A DNA stretch of 64,000 nt from Verrucomicrobiia bacterium (GCA_963664225.1 OY760937.1:2592001-2656000), one strand, 5' to 3'. Positions 9,986-21,532 are shown, numbered from the stretch's first letter. Notes: generated by a model from the sequence alone, not told the origin. Made by a program: numbers and translations.

Positions 9986-11746
9986 ATGAAATCTGAAAAT
10001 GCAACCAAACCCGGCATTCTCCTTTGTGCCGCCCTGGCACTGGCCACCGCCGCGCAGGCTGGGACACTCGTCGTCAATCCCGCTCTGGCGGGCGCGAACG
10101 ATGCCAATCCGGGATCGGACACGCAGCCTCTGCGCAGCATCAGTCGCGCGGCGGCGCTGGTTCAGCCGGGCGATGTGGTGACGATTTACTCCGGCGTTTA
10201 CCGGGAGCAGGTGGCCATCAAGCAATCCGGGACACAGGACCAGCCGATTCGTTTTGAAGCGGCGCCGGGCGCGAAGGTGGTGGTCACGGGCGCCGATGTT
10301 CTCACGGGCTGGATCAAGGACCAGGCCAGCGATCACTCCTACAGCATTGACTGGCCGCACCAGCTTTTCCAGGGGGACGACCATAATCCGCGCGGTACGG
10401 AGCAGGTGTTCGTGAACCGCCAGTTGTATGTGAAGGTCCCGAGTCTTGCGGCCATGACGAACGGAACGTTCTTCGTCGATCTGGCCGCCAAGCGCCTCCA
10501 TCTGTTCGCCACGCGCAATCCGGACGAAGACCCGGCCCTGCAACCGGTGGAGGGTTCCACGCGGGCGGCGATCTGGACCGTCACCGGCTCCGATGTTCAC
10601 ACGCGGGGTTTGTGCTTCCGTTATTCCGCCAGCCGCGCCCAGCAGGGAATGGCCCAATTCAAGGGTGCGCGGGATGTGGTGGAGGACTGCGTTTTCGAAT
10701 GGGCCAACAGCACGGGGGCCACACTCAGCGCCCCGGACATCACGATGCGGCGCTGCATTTTCCAGGACAACGGCCAGCAGGGTTTTTCCGGCAGCCGGAA
10801 CGATCGTTTGCTCCTGGACGGCTGCACCGCGCAGCGGAACAACAACAAGGAATTTCCCAGGGGCTGGGAGGCGGGCGGCAACAAGATGTGCTTTAGCCGG
10901 GATGTGGTTTACGAGAATTGCCGTTTCATCAATAACCACGGCTGCGGCGTGTGGTTCGACATCAGCAACGTGGACGCGACCATCCGCAACTGTCTCATTG
11001 CCGACAACGAGGACGCGGGGATTTTCTACGAGATCAGCTACGGTTTGCACGCTTATGACAACGTGATTGTCGGCAACGGCATGCGCCCGAGCCAGGGTTC
11101 CTGGGGCGCGAACGGCGGCGTGTGCATCTCGAGTTCGCCCGGCTGCGTGATCGAGCGCAACCTGATCATCGGCAACGGGCAGGGCTTTTGCTTCCGCGAG
11201 CAGAATCGCACCACACCCCCCATCGATGGCGCCAAAGGTCCCGAAGTGGCGGTGTGGAATCACGACGAAGTGGTTCGCAACAATCTCCTCGTCAACAACC
11301 ACAGCGCCGAGGTTCAGGGATGGTTCGACATCGACACGGAACGCCACTGGCCCAAGGCGATGCAGACGGGCAAGGGGGACGCAAAGAAGGCCAGGGAAGA
11401 TGTGGCCGCCGGTTACCAGGCGAAAACGGATGGCGTCCCGGCCGGTCTCAGCCTCGAGGATTTGAAGATCACCTTTCAGGACAACGTGTATGCGCACACG
11501 GCGAACCAGCCGTTCTTCATCTGGGGCGTCGATTGGAAACCCAGGAAAATGTTCAAGGACGTTCCCAGCCTGATTGCCGCGCTCGGTTTTGAGACGCAAT
11601 CCAGCCAGATGCTCTCTTCATTCCTGGTGGACGTTGCAAAGCGCGATTTCCGCCTGCCGAAGGAGTTTCTTGAGATCGTCAAACAGGCTTATCCCCAAGG
11701 GAAGGTGCCGGATTGCGCGATGGGAATTGCCCCGGGCAAAGAATAG
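9986..11746 (+). CDS. secreted right-handed parallel beta-helix protein (pectin-lyase-like fold)
   Basis: signal peptide; DANPGS..QPLRSISRAA...PGDVVTIYSGVYRE; GVWFDI, GIFYEIS repeats. Confidence 0.85.
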   Translation: MKSENATKPGILLCAALALATAAQAGTLVVNPALAGANDANPGSDTQPLRSISRAAALVQPGDVVTIYSGVYREQVAIKQSGTQDQPIRFEAAPGAKVVVTGADVLTGWIKDQASDHSYSIDWPHQLFQGDDHNPRGTEQVFVNRQLYVKVPSLAAMTNGTFFVDLAAKRLHLFATRNPDEDPALQPVEGSTRAAIWTVTGSDVHTRGLCFRYSASRAQQGMAQFKGARDVVEDCVFEWANSTGATLSAPDITMRRCIFQDNGQQGFSGSRNDRLLLDGCTAQRNNNKEFPRGWEAGGNKMCFSRDVVYENCRFINNHGCGVWFDISNVDATIRNCLIADNEDAGIFYEISYGLHAYDNVIVGNGMRPSQGSWGANGGVCISSSPGCVIERNLIIGNGQGFCFREQNRTTPPIDGAKGPEVAVWNHDEVVRNNLLVNNHSAEVQGWFDIDTERHWPKAMQTGKGDAKKAREDVAAGYQAKTDGVPAGLSLEDLKITFQDNVYAHTANQPFFIWGVDWKPRKMFKDVPSLIAALGFETQSSQMLSSFLVDVAKRDFRLPKEFLEIVKQAYPQGKVPDCAMGIAPGKE

Positions 11747-11791
11747 TGAATTTGGTGTAAAGCCCGGAAATGCCCATGAAACACGGGCATG

Positions 11792-11826
11792 AAAAAAGGC
11801 GCCTGAAAACCAGGCGCCTTTGTGTT
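11792..11826. terminator. bidirectional intrinsic terminator between convergent genes
   Basis: AAAAAAGGCGCCTG-AAAAC-CAGGCGCCTTTGTGTT. Confidence 0.8.
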
Positions 11827-11847
11827 AAAGGGAAACTTCAGTGAGAC

Positions 11848-13659
11848 CTACTTGGCCAGGCGGGCGCGCAGGTTGGTCAACTGATCGTTCATTGCGGGGG
11901 GCAGAGTGGCGCCGAACTTCGCATAGTTGGTTGCAATGTCCTCGACCTCGTTCTTCCAGCCCTGGATATCCACGGCGAGCAGTTGCTTGATGTCATCGGC
12001 GGTGACCGTCGAGTTCGACAGATCCAGCGCGCCGGGGGCGGGCAGGAAGCCGATCGGGGTTTCCACGGCCTTGCCGGTTCCGTCGATGCGCTCGCAAATC
12101 CATTTGAGGACGCGGCTGTTATCACCGAAGCCGGGCCAGAGCCATTTGCCTTCGGGGCTCTTGCGGAACCAGTTGACGAAGTAAATCTTCGGCAGCTTGG
12201 CGCGATCCGTGCGTTTGGCGAAGGAGAGCCAGTGAGCGAAGTAGTCGCCCATGTTGTAGCCGCAGAAAGGCAGCATGGCGAAGGGATCGCGGCGCAGGAC
12301 GCCGGCTTTGCCCAGGGCGGCGGCGGTCGTTTCCGAACCGGCCGCGGAACCCATGAACACACCGTGTTCCCAACTGACGGACTCGTTGACCAGGGGGATG
12401 GTGCTCGGACGGCGGCCACCGAACAGAATCGCGGAAATAGGAACACCAGCGGGATTTTCCCATTCGGGATCGATCACCGGGCACTGGGCGGCGGGGGCAG
12501 TGAAACGGGAGTTGCCATGAGCGGCCTTGCGCCCGCAGTCCGGAGTCCATTCCTTGCCTTCCCAGTCGATCGCCTTGGCGGGGGCGGGAACACCCATGTC
12601 CTCCCACCAGACATCGCCTTCGGGCGTGAGGGCCACGTTGGTGAAGATCGTGTTTTTGGCGACCGTCAACATTGCGTTGGGGTTGGAATTCATCGAGGTG
12701 CCCGGCGCCACGCCGAAGAAACCCTTCTCGGGATTGACGGCGTAGAGGCGGCCATCCGCTCCGATGCGAATCCAGGCGATGTCGTCGCCCAGGGTGCGGA
12801 CTGTCCAGCCCGGCAGGGAGGGGAGCATCATGGCCAGGTTGGTCTTGCCGCAAGCGCTGGGGAAGGCGGCGCAGACATACTTGGTTTTGCCCTCGGGAGA
12901 GGTCAGCGCGAGGATGAGCATGTGCTCGGCCATCCAGCCTTCATCGTGAGCAATGACGGAGGCGATGCGCAGCGCGAGACATTTCTTGCCCAGCAAGGCG
13001 TTGCCGCCGTAGCCCGAACCGAACGACCAGATGGCGCGGTCCTCGGGGAAATGCACAATGTACTTCTTGGCGGGATCCGGCTCGCAGGGCCAGGGCACAT
13101 CTTTTTGGCCGGGCTGGAGCGGGGCGCCCACGGAATGGACGCAGGGAATGAAGTCCCCGTTGCCCAGGGCGTTCATGGCTTCGGTGCCCATGCGGGTCAT
13201 CGTGCGCATGTTGACGACGACGTAAGGGGAGTCGGACAGTTCGATGCCGATTTTCGCCACAGGTGAACCGATCGGGCCCATCGAGAAGGGGATCACGTAC
13301 ATCGTGCGGCCCTTCATGCAACCCTTGAAGAGGGTCTGCAAAGTCTTTTTGGCCTCAACGGGATCCGCCCAGTTATTGGTGGGACCGGCATCCTCTTTTT
13401 TGCGCGAGCAGATGAAAGTGCGGTCCTCGACACGGGCGACATCGCTGGCGTGGGAACGGGCCAGATAGCAGCCGGGACGGAGTTTTTCGTTGAGCTTGGT
13501 GAAAGTGCCGCTTGCGACCATCAGATCGCACAAATTTTGATTTTCCTTCTCCGAGCCATCGCACCAATAAATGCGGTCAGGCTGACACAAAGCGGCGATG
13601 TCGTTGACCCAGGAGATGAGTTTTGTGTTTTTGGTATTACAATTTCCGAGTGTTGCCAT
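11848..13659 (-). CDS. pckG: phosphoenolpyruvate carboxykinase (GTP)
   Basis: [52 protein letters not shown]. Confidence 0.97.
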   Translation of the reverse strand: MATLGNCNTKNTKLISWVNDIAALCQPDRIYWCDGSEKENQNLCDLMVASGTFTKLNEKLRPGCYLARSHASDVARVEDRTFICSRKKEDAGPTNNWADPVEAKKTLQTLFKGCMKGRTMYVIPFSMGPIGSPVAKIGIELSDSPYVVVNMRTMTRMGTEAMNALGNGDFIPCVHSVGAPLQPGQKDVPWPCEPDPAKKYIVHFPEDRAIWSFGSGYGGNALLGKKCLALRIASVIAHDEGWMAEHMLILALTSPEGKTKYVCAAFPSACGKTNLAMMLPSLPGWTVRTLGDDIAWIRIGADGRLYAVNPEKGFFGVAPGTSMNSNPNAMLTVAKNTIFTNVALTPEGDVWWEDMGVPAPAKAIDWEGKEWTPDCGRKAAHGNSRFTAPAAQCPVIDPEWENPAGVPISAILFGGRRPSTIPLVNESVSWEHGVFMGSAAGSETTAAALGKAGVLRRDPFAMLPFCGYNMGDYFAHWLSFAKRTDRAKLPKIYFVNWFRKSPEGKWLWPGFGDNSRVLKWICERIDGTGKAVETPIGFLPAPGALDLSNSTVTADDIKQLLAVDIQGWKNEVEDIATNYAKFGATLPPAMNDQLTNLRARLAK

Positions 13660-14337
13660 AGATATTATCGATAATCATTGCTGCACACGCTGCGTTTTGC
13701 GTGCAAACGCGCTACCGCCGCCGCGTGCAAGAACCCCCTGCTTTTTGAACTGCAAGCATGCCAGGAGCCATCGCGAACGCGCGGCCTCTTAATTGGCGGC
13801 GGAGAGTAGCGCCAGCGAGAACTGAATGCAAGCCTCAAATAAAATAAATGAACTTTCCGGGGCGCTTCGAGTGAGGTTCGAGCAAACTGCGGATCAGGAC
13901 ATGAGGGGCGCAACCATTTCTTCACGAGGCTCATGGCCGGGTTGCAGCCCAATCATGAGCCTTGAATGCGGCCCTGGCGCGATGATCGGGGGTTCCGCAG
14001 AGACCCCGCAGGACGGGAGCGCTTTTCGGCGGAACAAATGTGACCCGAGCACGGTTTCATTGTTTTTTCGCAAGGCGCAGGGCAAACATCGCTCTCCGGC
14101 TCGAAAGGCGGGCGGGGATTTTGGAGATCTTTTCATGATGACGAATTCGCTTGTCTGGCGCTTTGGCGATGGCAGAGTATGCGCCCGATGGATCGCGGCC
14201 CTTGGGGGCGCATGCCGACCTTTTTGGCTTGGACGGCGCTTTAGGGTTGATCTTTCGCGCCGCCAGTGTCAGATTCTGGCGTCGATTCGGCGGGTGGCCT
14301 GCTGCAGGCGGGCTGAAAACCCTGTCGATTCAAGTTT

Positions 14338-14413
<76 letters not shown>

Positions 14414-14639
14414 CTTTTTTCAAATTCACTCCCCTCAAAAAAGCTGATGATTGTTTTAATCGCATTTACCTTTATCGATGGGATCTCGATCCCGGTTCAA
14501 TCGCTGGCTTTCCATCCAGAACACGATATCGTGCATTTTATCTTGTCTTATCAATGAGAGCTTGTTACTATGACGCCATAAGCTGGATTAAAGCCATGGA
14601 ATAACGACCGATTCAACTGGGCTGAGGAAAATCATTAAG

Positions 14640-16022
14640 ATGAGATTCATCAAAACATTTTCTGCAATTGTGGCGGCATTTGCGGGTTTTTTCCTTTGCG
14701 CGTCCGCACAAGCCCAATTCGATTACACGACCAATAACGGCACCATCACCATCACCAAATACACTGGCCAAGGCGGTGCAGTGACCATTCCTGACACAAT
14801 CAGTGGTCTGCCGGTCGCCACCATTGGAACCAATGCGTTTTATCGCTGTGATAGCCTGACCAACATTACGATAGGCACCAGTGTCACCAGCATTGAAAAC
14901 TCGGCTTTCTCTAGCTGCCACAGTTTGATAAACGTCACGATTCCAAATAGCCTTTGCAGCATTGGGATTTATGCGTTCTTTTGGTGCAGCAGCCTGACCA
15001 ATATGACTATCCCAAACGGCGTTACTAACATCGGAAGCGGTGCGTTTAGTCAATGTTCCAACCTGTCCAAAATCACGATCCCCAACAGCGTTATCAGCAT
15101 CGGGAACAATGCTTTTTCCTTTTGTTCCAGCCTGGCCAGCATCACGATCCCCAATAGTGTCGTCAGCATTGGAAGCTGTGCGTTTGCGCCCTGTCCCAAT
15201 TTGGAAGCAATCGCCGTGAATGAAAACAACTCCACCTATAGCAGCCTGGCTGGTGTATTGTTCGACAAGAGTCAGGCCACGCTGATTCAATATCCGGGGA
15301 GCCAATCCAGAATCTATACGGTCCCCAACAGTGTTACCCGCATCGGGGATTCCGCGTTCTCTGACTGCTATAGCCTGGCCAGCGTCACAATCCCCAACAG
15401 CGTTACTAACATCGGGGACGGAACGTTCCATAGGTGTTGCAGTCTGACCAATGTCACGCTTCCCAACAATCTCACCAATATCGGTGATGGAATGTTCTTT
15501 GCCTGTATTAGGCTGAATAGTGTCACAATCCCCAACAGCGTCACCAGAATCGGTGGTTCTGCGTTCTACTACTGTGAAAATTTAACCAACGTTACGATCC
15601 CTAATACCGTCACCACTTTAGGTGATGCTGCGTTCCTTGACTGTATCAGCCTGACTCACATCTATTTTCAAGGTGACGCCCCCAGCCTTGAAAGACATTT
15701 GTGCTTCAATGGCTCCAATGCGACCATCTATTATCTACCGGGCACCACCGGCTGGGGCACTACCTACGGCAGTCGTCCGACTGCATTGTGGACACCGCTG
15801 GTACAAACCACCGATGCCACCTTTGGCGTGAGGAGCAATCAATTCGGTTTTAACATCAACTGGGCCAGTGGACAAACCGTCGTGGTGGAAGCCTGCACAA
15901 ATCCGGTCAATCCCACATGGTCTGCCCTGCAAACCAAAACCCTTACCGATGACTCCTTCTATTTCAGCGATCCCGAGTGGACGAATTATCCCACACGCAT
16001 CTACCGTCTGCGAGTTCCGTAG
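14640..16022 (+). CDS. BspA-type (LRR_5) leucine-rich-repeat surface protein 1
   Basis: signal peptide; 23-aa repeats [16 protein letters not shown]-terminal domain ending RIYRLRVP. Confidence 0.92.
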   Translation: MRFIKTFSAIVAAFAGFFLCASAQAQFDYTTNNGTITITKYTGQGGAVTIPDTISGLPVATIGTNAFYRCDSLTNITIGTSVTSIENSAFSSCHSLINVTIPNSLCSIGIYAFFWCSSLTNMTIPNGVTNIGSGAFSQCSNLSKITIPNSVISIGNNAFSFCSSLASITIPNSVVSIGSCAFAPCPNLEAIAVNENNSTYSSLAGVLFDKSQATLIQYPGSQSRIYTVPNSVTRIGDSAFSDCYSLASVTIPNSVTNIGDGTFHRCCSLTNVTLPNNLTNIGDGMFFACIRLNSVTIPNSVTRIGGSAFYYCENLTNVTIPNTVTTLGDAAFLDCISLTHIYFQGDAPSLERHLCFNGSNATIYYLPGTTGWGTTYGSRPTALWTPLVQTTDATFGVRSNQFGFNINWASGQTVVVEACTNPVNPTWSALQTKTLTDDSFYFSDPEWTNYPTRIYRLRVP

Positions 16023-16041
16023 GGATGGAGACGTTTTCACC

Positions 16042-16081
16042 GGTTTCCGGTTCAAGTCCGGACCGAGGCACCACTTTTTTC
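16042..16081 (+). repeat. attR-like copy of tRNA-Lys 3' end
   Basis: GGTTTCCGGTTCAAGTCCGGACCGAGGCACCACTTTTTTC identical to 14382-14421. Confidence 0.95.
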
Positions 16082-16231
16082 TCCGCATTCTCCCCTTCGC
16101 ATTCGAACGTTTTTCAGAATTACCAACGGTGGATCCATTGCCACCGGATGCGGCGGATTATTTCTCCCGGGTGGTGGGGCGCGTGATTATTCTTGTCAGG
16201 TTTCTCCATTGGCGGCTGTTTATTGATTGAG

Positions 16232-17650
16232 ATGCAGACGAATTCAGACGCCCAGTTGCTCCGTGAATACACCGAAAATGGTGGTGAGGCGGCTTTCACC
16301 GAAATCGTCTCCCGGCACATGGATCTGGTGTATTCGGCGGCGCTGAGGCAGGTGGCATCGCCTGATCTTGCCCGCGATGTGGCCCAAAGCGTTTTTATCG
16401 ATCTTGCCCGCAAAGCACCGTCTCTGGTGCGTAAGCAAGACTCTGGCACCTGGTTGATTGGATGGCTTTACCGCAGCACGCGGTTTGCGGCACTGACGTT
16501 GGTGCGCGGCGAGCGTCGCCGCGAGGCGCGCGAAATTCAAGCCATGCAAGACTCCAATCCTGATTCTGAAGTATCACCTGACTGGGACCACGTTCGGCCC
16601 AATTTGGACGAAGCGATGGCGAGCCTGAGCGCTGCGGATCGGGATGCGTTGCTGATGCGGTTCTTCAAAAACCAGGATTATCGAGCGGTCGGCGCGGCCA
16701 TCGGGGTCAGCGAAAACACGGCGCAGCAGCGTGTATTGCGCGCGCTCGAGAAGCTCCGCAAGAGCCTGGCGCGCCAGGGAATCACAACCTCCACCGCCGC
16801 GCTTTCCATGGCCCTTTCCGCCAATGCCGTTCAGGCCGCGCCTGTCGGACTGGCCGCGACCATTTCCGCACTGGCCGTGATGGCCGGTCCCGCCCTATCC
16901 ACCACAACCGCAATCGCCGCCGTAAAAACCATTGCCATGACCACTCTACAAAAGACGTTGATCACCGCGACCCTCGCCGCCGCTGTGGGAACAGGAATCT
17001 ATGAAGCCCGCCAGGCTTCCAGTTTGCGATGCCGTGTCCAGACCCTCGAACAAGAGCAAGCGCCACTGATGGCGCAAATTCAGAAGTTACAGCAGGAACG
17101 CAACGACGCCACGAACCAGTTGGCGCTGATGTCCGAGGCCACGTCCCGCGCCAATAGCAATACGATCGAACTGCTCCGGCTTCGCAGCGCCGTGGGAACG
17201 CTGCGCCAGCGCACCAACGAGCTGGGCAAACTGTTGCAGGACACGGTGGCGGCGAATCAAACATCGCAGGGGTCACTTGGACAGACCAACTTCCCGAGGG
17301 ATTCCTGGACTTTCGCCGGGTTTGCCACGCCCGAGGATGCGATTCAATCCTTTATGTGGGCCAAGAGCCGCGGCGAGGTGAAAACGGCTTTAAGCTCGGC
17401 CACACCGGAGCTGAAGCAGGAATTAATGGTTCGCTATTTCAAAGACAAAACGGACGAGGAGATCTCGGCGGCGTTGATTGATTCGGCAAAGGATCAAACG
17501 GGAATTCAAGTTCTAAAGAAGATGGCAGCGGCGGAAGATCAAGTCGTTTATCAAATCCACATTGATGGAACGCCCGATGCTTCCTACTCGCTGTTGACGA
17601 TGAAGAAAATTGATGGCGAATGGAAAGTCTCCGGCAACGAGGATCGCTAA
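16232..17650 (+). CDS. ECF sigma-70 factor with C-terminal TM, coiled-coil and extracytoplasmic extension
   Basis: SDAQLL..Y....EAAF.EIV.RH..LVYSAALR...LARDVAQSVFIDLARKA (region 2); L...DRDALLMRFF....RAVG.AIGVSE..AQQRV.RALEKLR (region 4); TM TLITATLAAAVGTGIY. Confidence 0.9.
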   Translation: MQTNSDAQLLREYTENGGEAAFTEIVSRHMDLVYSAALRQVASPDLARDVAQSVFIDLARKAPSLVRKQDSGTWLIGWLYRSTRFAALTLVRGERRREAREIQAMQDSNPDSEVSPDWDHVRPNLDEAMASLSAADRDALLMRFFKNQDYRAVGAAIGVSENTAQQRVLRALEKLRKSLARQGITTSTAALSMALSANAVQAAPVGLAATISALAVMAGPALSTTTAIAAVKTIAMTTLQKTLITATLAAAVGTGIYEARQASSLRCRVQTLEQEQAPLMAQIQKLQQERNDATNQLALMSEATSRANSNTIELLRLRSAVGTLRQRTNELGKLLQDTVAANQTSQGSLGQTNFPRDSWTFAGFATPEDAIQSFMWAKSRGEVKTALSSATPELKQELMVRYFKDKTDEEISAALIDSAKDQTGIQVLKKMAAAEDQVVYQIHIDGTPDASYSLLTMKKIDGEWKVSGNEDR

Positions 17651-17844
17651 AATGGAAGTGAGACTGCAACGGCAGTAGAATCTCTAACGGGCTTCGCTAT
17701 TTTCCACCGCCTGAATATTGTCCTGCGCCTGCTGCATCTGGAGATTCAAAAGCGCGATGGTCAGAGGCGGGCAAAGCCACTACATTTGGGCATTGCCTGT
17801 CACCTGTGAGAATGATTTTCAGATTGTGACCGTGCGCTTATAAA

Positions 17845-18915
17845 ATGAAAACAGACTTTTTCCGCCTTCTCTTTGGAACGATGCAGGCGTGGGTTGCGAT
17901 GGCGGGGGTGGCTCTGCCGCTTGGGGCCGCTGAATTCAAGCCGGGCGAGGTCTGGCTGGACACCGAGGGCAAGCCGATCCAGGCGCATGGCGGCGGGATA
18001 CTGGTTCAGGAGGGCGCCTACTATTGGTATGGCGAGGATAAAACGCTCGGGAACATGAACAAGACGGGCATCTCGTGCTACTCCTCCACGAATCTTTACG
18101 ACTGGAAGCATGTGGGAGTCGTATTGCCCAAGGAAGCCATGCCGCCGCAATTTCAGGATCGCGGAGTCGTGGAGCGGCCCAAAGTCCTCTACAATGCGCG
18201 GACCCGAAAATACGTGATGTGGATGCATCTGGACGATCGGGGTTATCACGCGGCCAGCGCGGGCATTGCCACAGCGGATTCCCCTGCCGGACCTTTTGTG
18301 TTCCTGCATAAAATGCGGCCCATTCAATTCGACGTCGGTTATAAGGAGACCGATCCGGATCACCAAAAAGAGCTTGGCGGGACGTATCGCGACATGAACC
18401 TGTTCCTGGACAGCGACGGCAAGGCGTATGCGTTTTATGCGTCGGAGGGAAACGCCACGCTGTATGTGGTGCGATTAAACGAGGACTTCACCGGACCGCA
18501 AACTCCGGCGGAACAAGGCAAGACCTGGGCCCGGGTACGGGTGGGCGAGTTTCAAGAAGCTCCCGCGCCATTCAAGCATGGGAACCGCTACTATTTGATC
18601 ACATCGCATTGCACCGGTTGGGCTCCAAATCCCGCCAGCTACGCGGTGGCCGACAACATACTTGGACCCTGGGTGGTCAAGGGCAATCCGTGCGTGGGCG
18701 CTGAAGCGGAAACCACGTTTCGTTCTCAAAGCACCTTTGTCCTGCCGGTGGCCGGTAAACCCGGATGCTTTATTTTCATGGCGGATCGGTGGTTGAGCAA
18801 AACCCTGCAAGACTCCCGATATATCTGGCTGCCGCTCATTCTCAAGCCGGACGGTTCGTTTACATTGGAGTGGCGGGATCAATGGGATTTGTCGGTGCTT
18901 GACAGCACAAAGTAG
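17845..18915 (+). CDS. glycoside hydrolase family 43 (GH43_24-like exo-beta-1,3-galactanase)
   Basis: signal peptide; IQAHGGG, YYWYGE, ERPKV, RDMNLF, EAPA, SQST, MADRW. Confidence 0.88.
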   Translation: MKTDFFRLLFGTMQAWVAMAGVALPLGAAEFKPGEVWLDTEGKPIQAHGGGILVQEGAYYWYGEDKTLGNMNKTGISCYSSTNLYDWKHVGVVLPKEAMPPQFQDRGVVERPKVLYNARTRKYVMWMHLDDRGYHAASAGIATADSPAGPFVFLHKMRPIQFDVGYKETDPDHQKELGGTYRDMNLFLDSDGKAYAFYASEGNATLYVVRLNEDFTGPQTPAEQGKTWARVRVGEFQEAPAPFKHGNRYYLITSHCTGWAPNPASYAVADNILGPWVVKGNPCVGAEAETTFRSQSTFVLPVAGKPGCFIFMADRWLSKTLQDSRYIWLPLILKPDGSFTLEWRDQWDLSVLDSTK

Positions 18916-19041
18916 CATGGCCTCGATATCAGAATCCATGGGTGGATTCCGGTTCTGGAGCCAACGCGTCAATGTTGGATTCAAGTGTGCTGGCTGATTA
19001 TTTGTTTGACATAACGGACCGTTTTCGTTACACACGTAATC

Positions 19042-21297
19042 ATGGACCAAAAACAAGTGTCTCCATGTTTTGCAAGAACCGTCCGTCCTAATACAACACC
19101 TGTGCTTTTAAGAACCGCCGATGCCAGGACGTTGCTGCCGACTCTCCTGGTTCTATTACTGGTGTTTGCGTTGCCCGCTGCGCTCCAGGCGCAATTCCAT
19201 TACTCAACTAATTTCGGAAGCATCACCATAACGAGTTACACCGGGTCCGGGGATGTAGTCAGCATTCCGGATGTCATTGAGGGTTTGCCAGTCACAAGCA
19301 TAGGCGACAACGCATTTTATTACTGCAGAAACCTTAGAAGCATCACGATCCCCAACAGCGTCACCATCATAGGAACCAGAGCTTTCCAAAACTGCTTCAA
19401 ACTGGCGGACATTACGATCCCCGATGGTGTCACCACGATCAGGGATGGAGCGTTCTACAATTGCGGTAGCCTGACGAGCATCACGATCCCCGACAGTGTC
19501 ACCAATCTCGGGGATTTCGTTTTCTTTAGCTGCGGCCTGACGAATATCACGATTGGCAAAGGCGTCACCAGCTTGGGATACGATTTATTCGATTATTGCT
19601 TCGGGCTGAAAAGCATTACGATACACGACAACATCACCAGTATCGGGGACGATACATTCCGTTATTGCACTAATTTGACGGACGTCACGATCCCCGAAAG
19701 CGTCACCAGTCTCGGGCATGAGGTTTTCAATGAATGCACGAGCCTGACGAATGTCACGATTGGCAAAGGTGTCACCAACCTCTCGATCAGCGTGTTCAAC
19801 GATTGCACGAGTTTGAAATCAATTACAGCAGATGAGCTCAATCCTTCCTATCGGAGCATAGATGGGGTTTTGTTCAACAAAGATCAAACCACGCTCATTC
19901 GATTCCCGCTAAATAAGACCGGAAGTTATACCCTCTCCGATGGCGTCACCCTCATTGGGGACGGTGCGTTCTCCGCATGCACTGGCCTGACAAACATCAC
20001 AATAGGAAAGGGCATCAGCAATATTGGGGATAATCAATTCAATGGCTGCAGCAATCTGAAAAGCATCACGATTCCCAATAGCGTCGCAAACATCGGAAAT
20101 GGAGCTTTTATTAACTGCGTCAGTCTGACAGACATCTCTATTCCCAATAGCGTCGCAAACATTGGCGATTATGGGTTCGCGAATTGCGCCAGCCTGGCAA
20201 ACATCACGATCCCCAGCGGCGTCTATACCTTGGGAGCTTATGCGTTCACCAAATGCACCAATCTGACAAACGTTACGATCCTCAACGGTATTGCCACCAT
20301 CAGGGATTGGACGTTCGATAACTGCCTCAACCTTCAAACGGTGACAATTCCTGAAAGTGTCGCCAGTATCGGAGCTCGGGTGTTCAATAACTGCACGAGC
20401 CTGACTGATATTACTATTCCAGACAGGGCTCGCAGTATTGGTGAATATACGTTCAATAACTGCACGAGTCTGGAATACGTTACGATACCTAATAGTGTCA
20501 TAACCATTAAAACGTGCGCGTTCTTTAACTGCACCAGTCTGACAAACATCACAATCCCCGACAGTGTCACCAGCATCGAAAGCTACACGTTTTACAATTG
20601 CACGAGCCTGAAAGGCATTACGATAGGCAAAGGTCTCAGCAGCATGGGCTGGCGTGCATTGTCCGGTTGCACGAGTTTGTCCGGAATCACGGTGGATGAA
20701 CACAATTCCTACTACTCGAGTTTTGCCGGTTCACTTTTTAATAAGAAGAAGACCGAACTTATTCAATTTCCAATAATGCAGACTGGAAATTATGCGATTC
20801 CCAATACCGTCACCACTATTGCGGGCTTTGCGTTTTCTTCTGCAAGATTGGGCCTCATCACCATTCCCAATAGTGTCACCAACATTGCATTCAGCACGTT
20901 CTCCTACTGCTCAAGCCTGACCAACGTCTATTTTCAAGGTAACGCTCCCGGCATTGACTCGTATGTGTTCGATGGCGCCAACAACGCAACCGTCTATTAC
21001 CTGCCGGGGACCACAGGCTGGGCTGCATCCTTCGGCGGTCGGCCGACAGCTCCGTGGGTTCTTCCGAACCCGCTGATCTTAAATTACGGTTCCGGCTTTG
21101 GCGCGAATACCAACGGCTTCGGTTTCGTCATCTCCTGGGCCACGAACGCGACCGTCGTCGTGGAAGCGTGTGACGACCTCACCAATTCCGGCTGGTCACC
21201 GCTTCAAACCAACGCCCTCGTCAACGGCTCATCCTATTTCAGCGATTCCGAGTGGGTCAATTATCCCGGACGGCTCTACCGCCTGCGCATGCCATAA
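19042..21297 (+). CDS. BspA-type LRR surface protein 2
   Basis: signal peptide ending ALQA|Q; many 23-aa LRR_5 repeats; ends RLYRLRMP; start uncertain. Confidence 0.92.
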   Translation: MDQKQVSPCFARTVRPNTTPVLLRTADARTLLPTLLVLLLVFALPAALQAQFHYSTNFGSITITSYTGSGDVVSIPDVIEGLPVTSIGDNAFYYCRNLRSITIPNSVTIIGTRAFQNCFKLADITIPDGVTTIRDGAFYNCGSLTSITIPDSVTNLGDFVFFSCGLTNITIGKGVTSLGYDLFDYCFGLKSITIHDNITSIGDDTFRYCTNLTDVTIPESVTSLGHEVFNECTSLTNVTIGKGVTNLSISVFNDCTSLKSITADELNPSYRSIDGVLFNKDQTTLIRFPLNKTGSYTLSDGVTLIGDGAFSACTGLTNITIGKGISNIGDNQFNGCSNLKSITIPNSVANIGNGAFINCVSLTDISIPNSVANIGDYGFANCASLANITIPSGVYTLGAYAFTKCTNLTNVTILNGIATIRDWTFDNCLNLQTVTIPESVASIGARVFNNCTSLTDITIPDRARSIGEYTFNNCTSLEYVTIPNSVITIKTCAFFNCTSLTNITIPDSVTSIESYTFYNCTSLKGITIGKGLSSMGWRALSGCTSLSGITVDEHNSYYSSFAGSLFNKKKTELIQFPIMQTGNYAIPNTVTTIAGFAFSSARLGLITIPNSVTNIAFSTFSYCSSLTNVYFQGNAPGIDSYVFDGANNATVYYLPGTTGWAASFGGRPTAPWVLPNPLILNYGSGFGANTNGFGFVISWATNATVVVEACDDLTNSGWSPLQTNALVNGSSYFSDSEWVNYPGRLYRLRMP

Positions 21298-21532
21298 GGC
21301 ACCAAGGCACGGACGTGCTCCAGCAGAAATTGAAAATGGAATGGCGCGGCAAATGGGGCCGGCGCGTCTTAGAGGGAACAAGGTTTTAAGCAAAAGCTTT
21401 TTTGGTGGATTTTATAATTGGATGCAGGTTCTGGAGCCTTCCACAGTTGTGAAACAGAGACCAATTTCGAGGTTCGCCGGATGTCTGTGGATTTCTTGAT
21501 ATATCAGCCCGCGCATGGCATCCTGAATCAAG

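Noticed and set aside
14486..14507. TCGATCCCGGTTCAATCGCTGG as a second tRNA or T-arm remnant
   Set aside because: The stem does not close properly and no cloverleaf forms.
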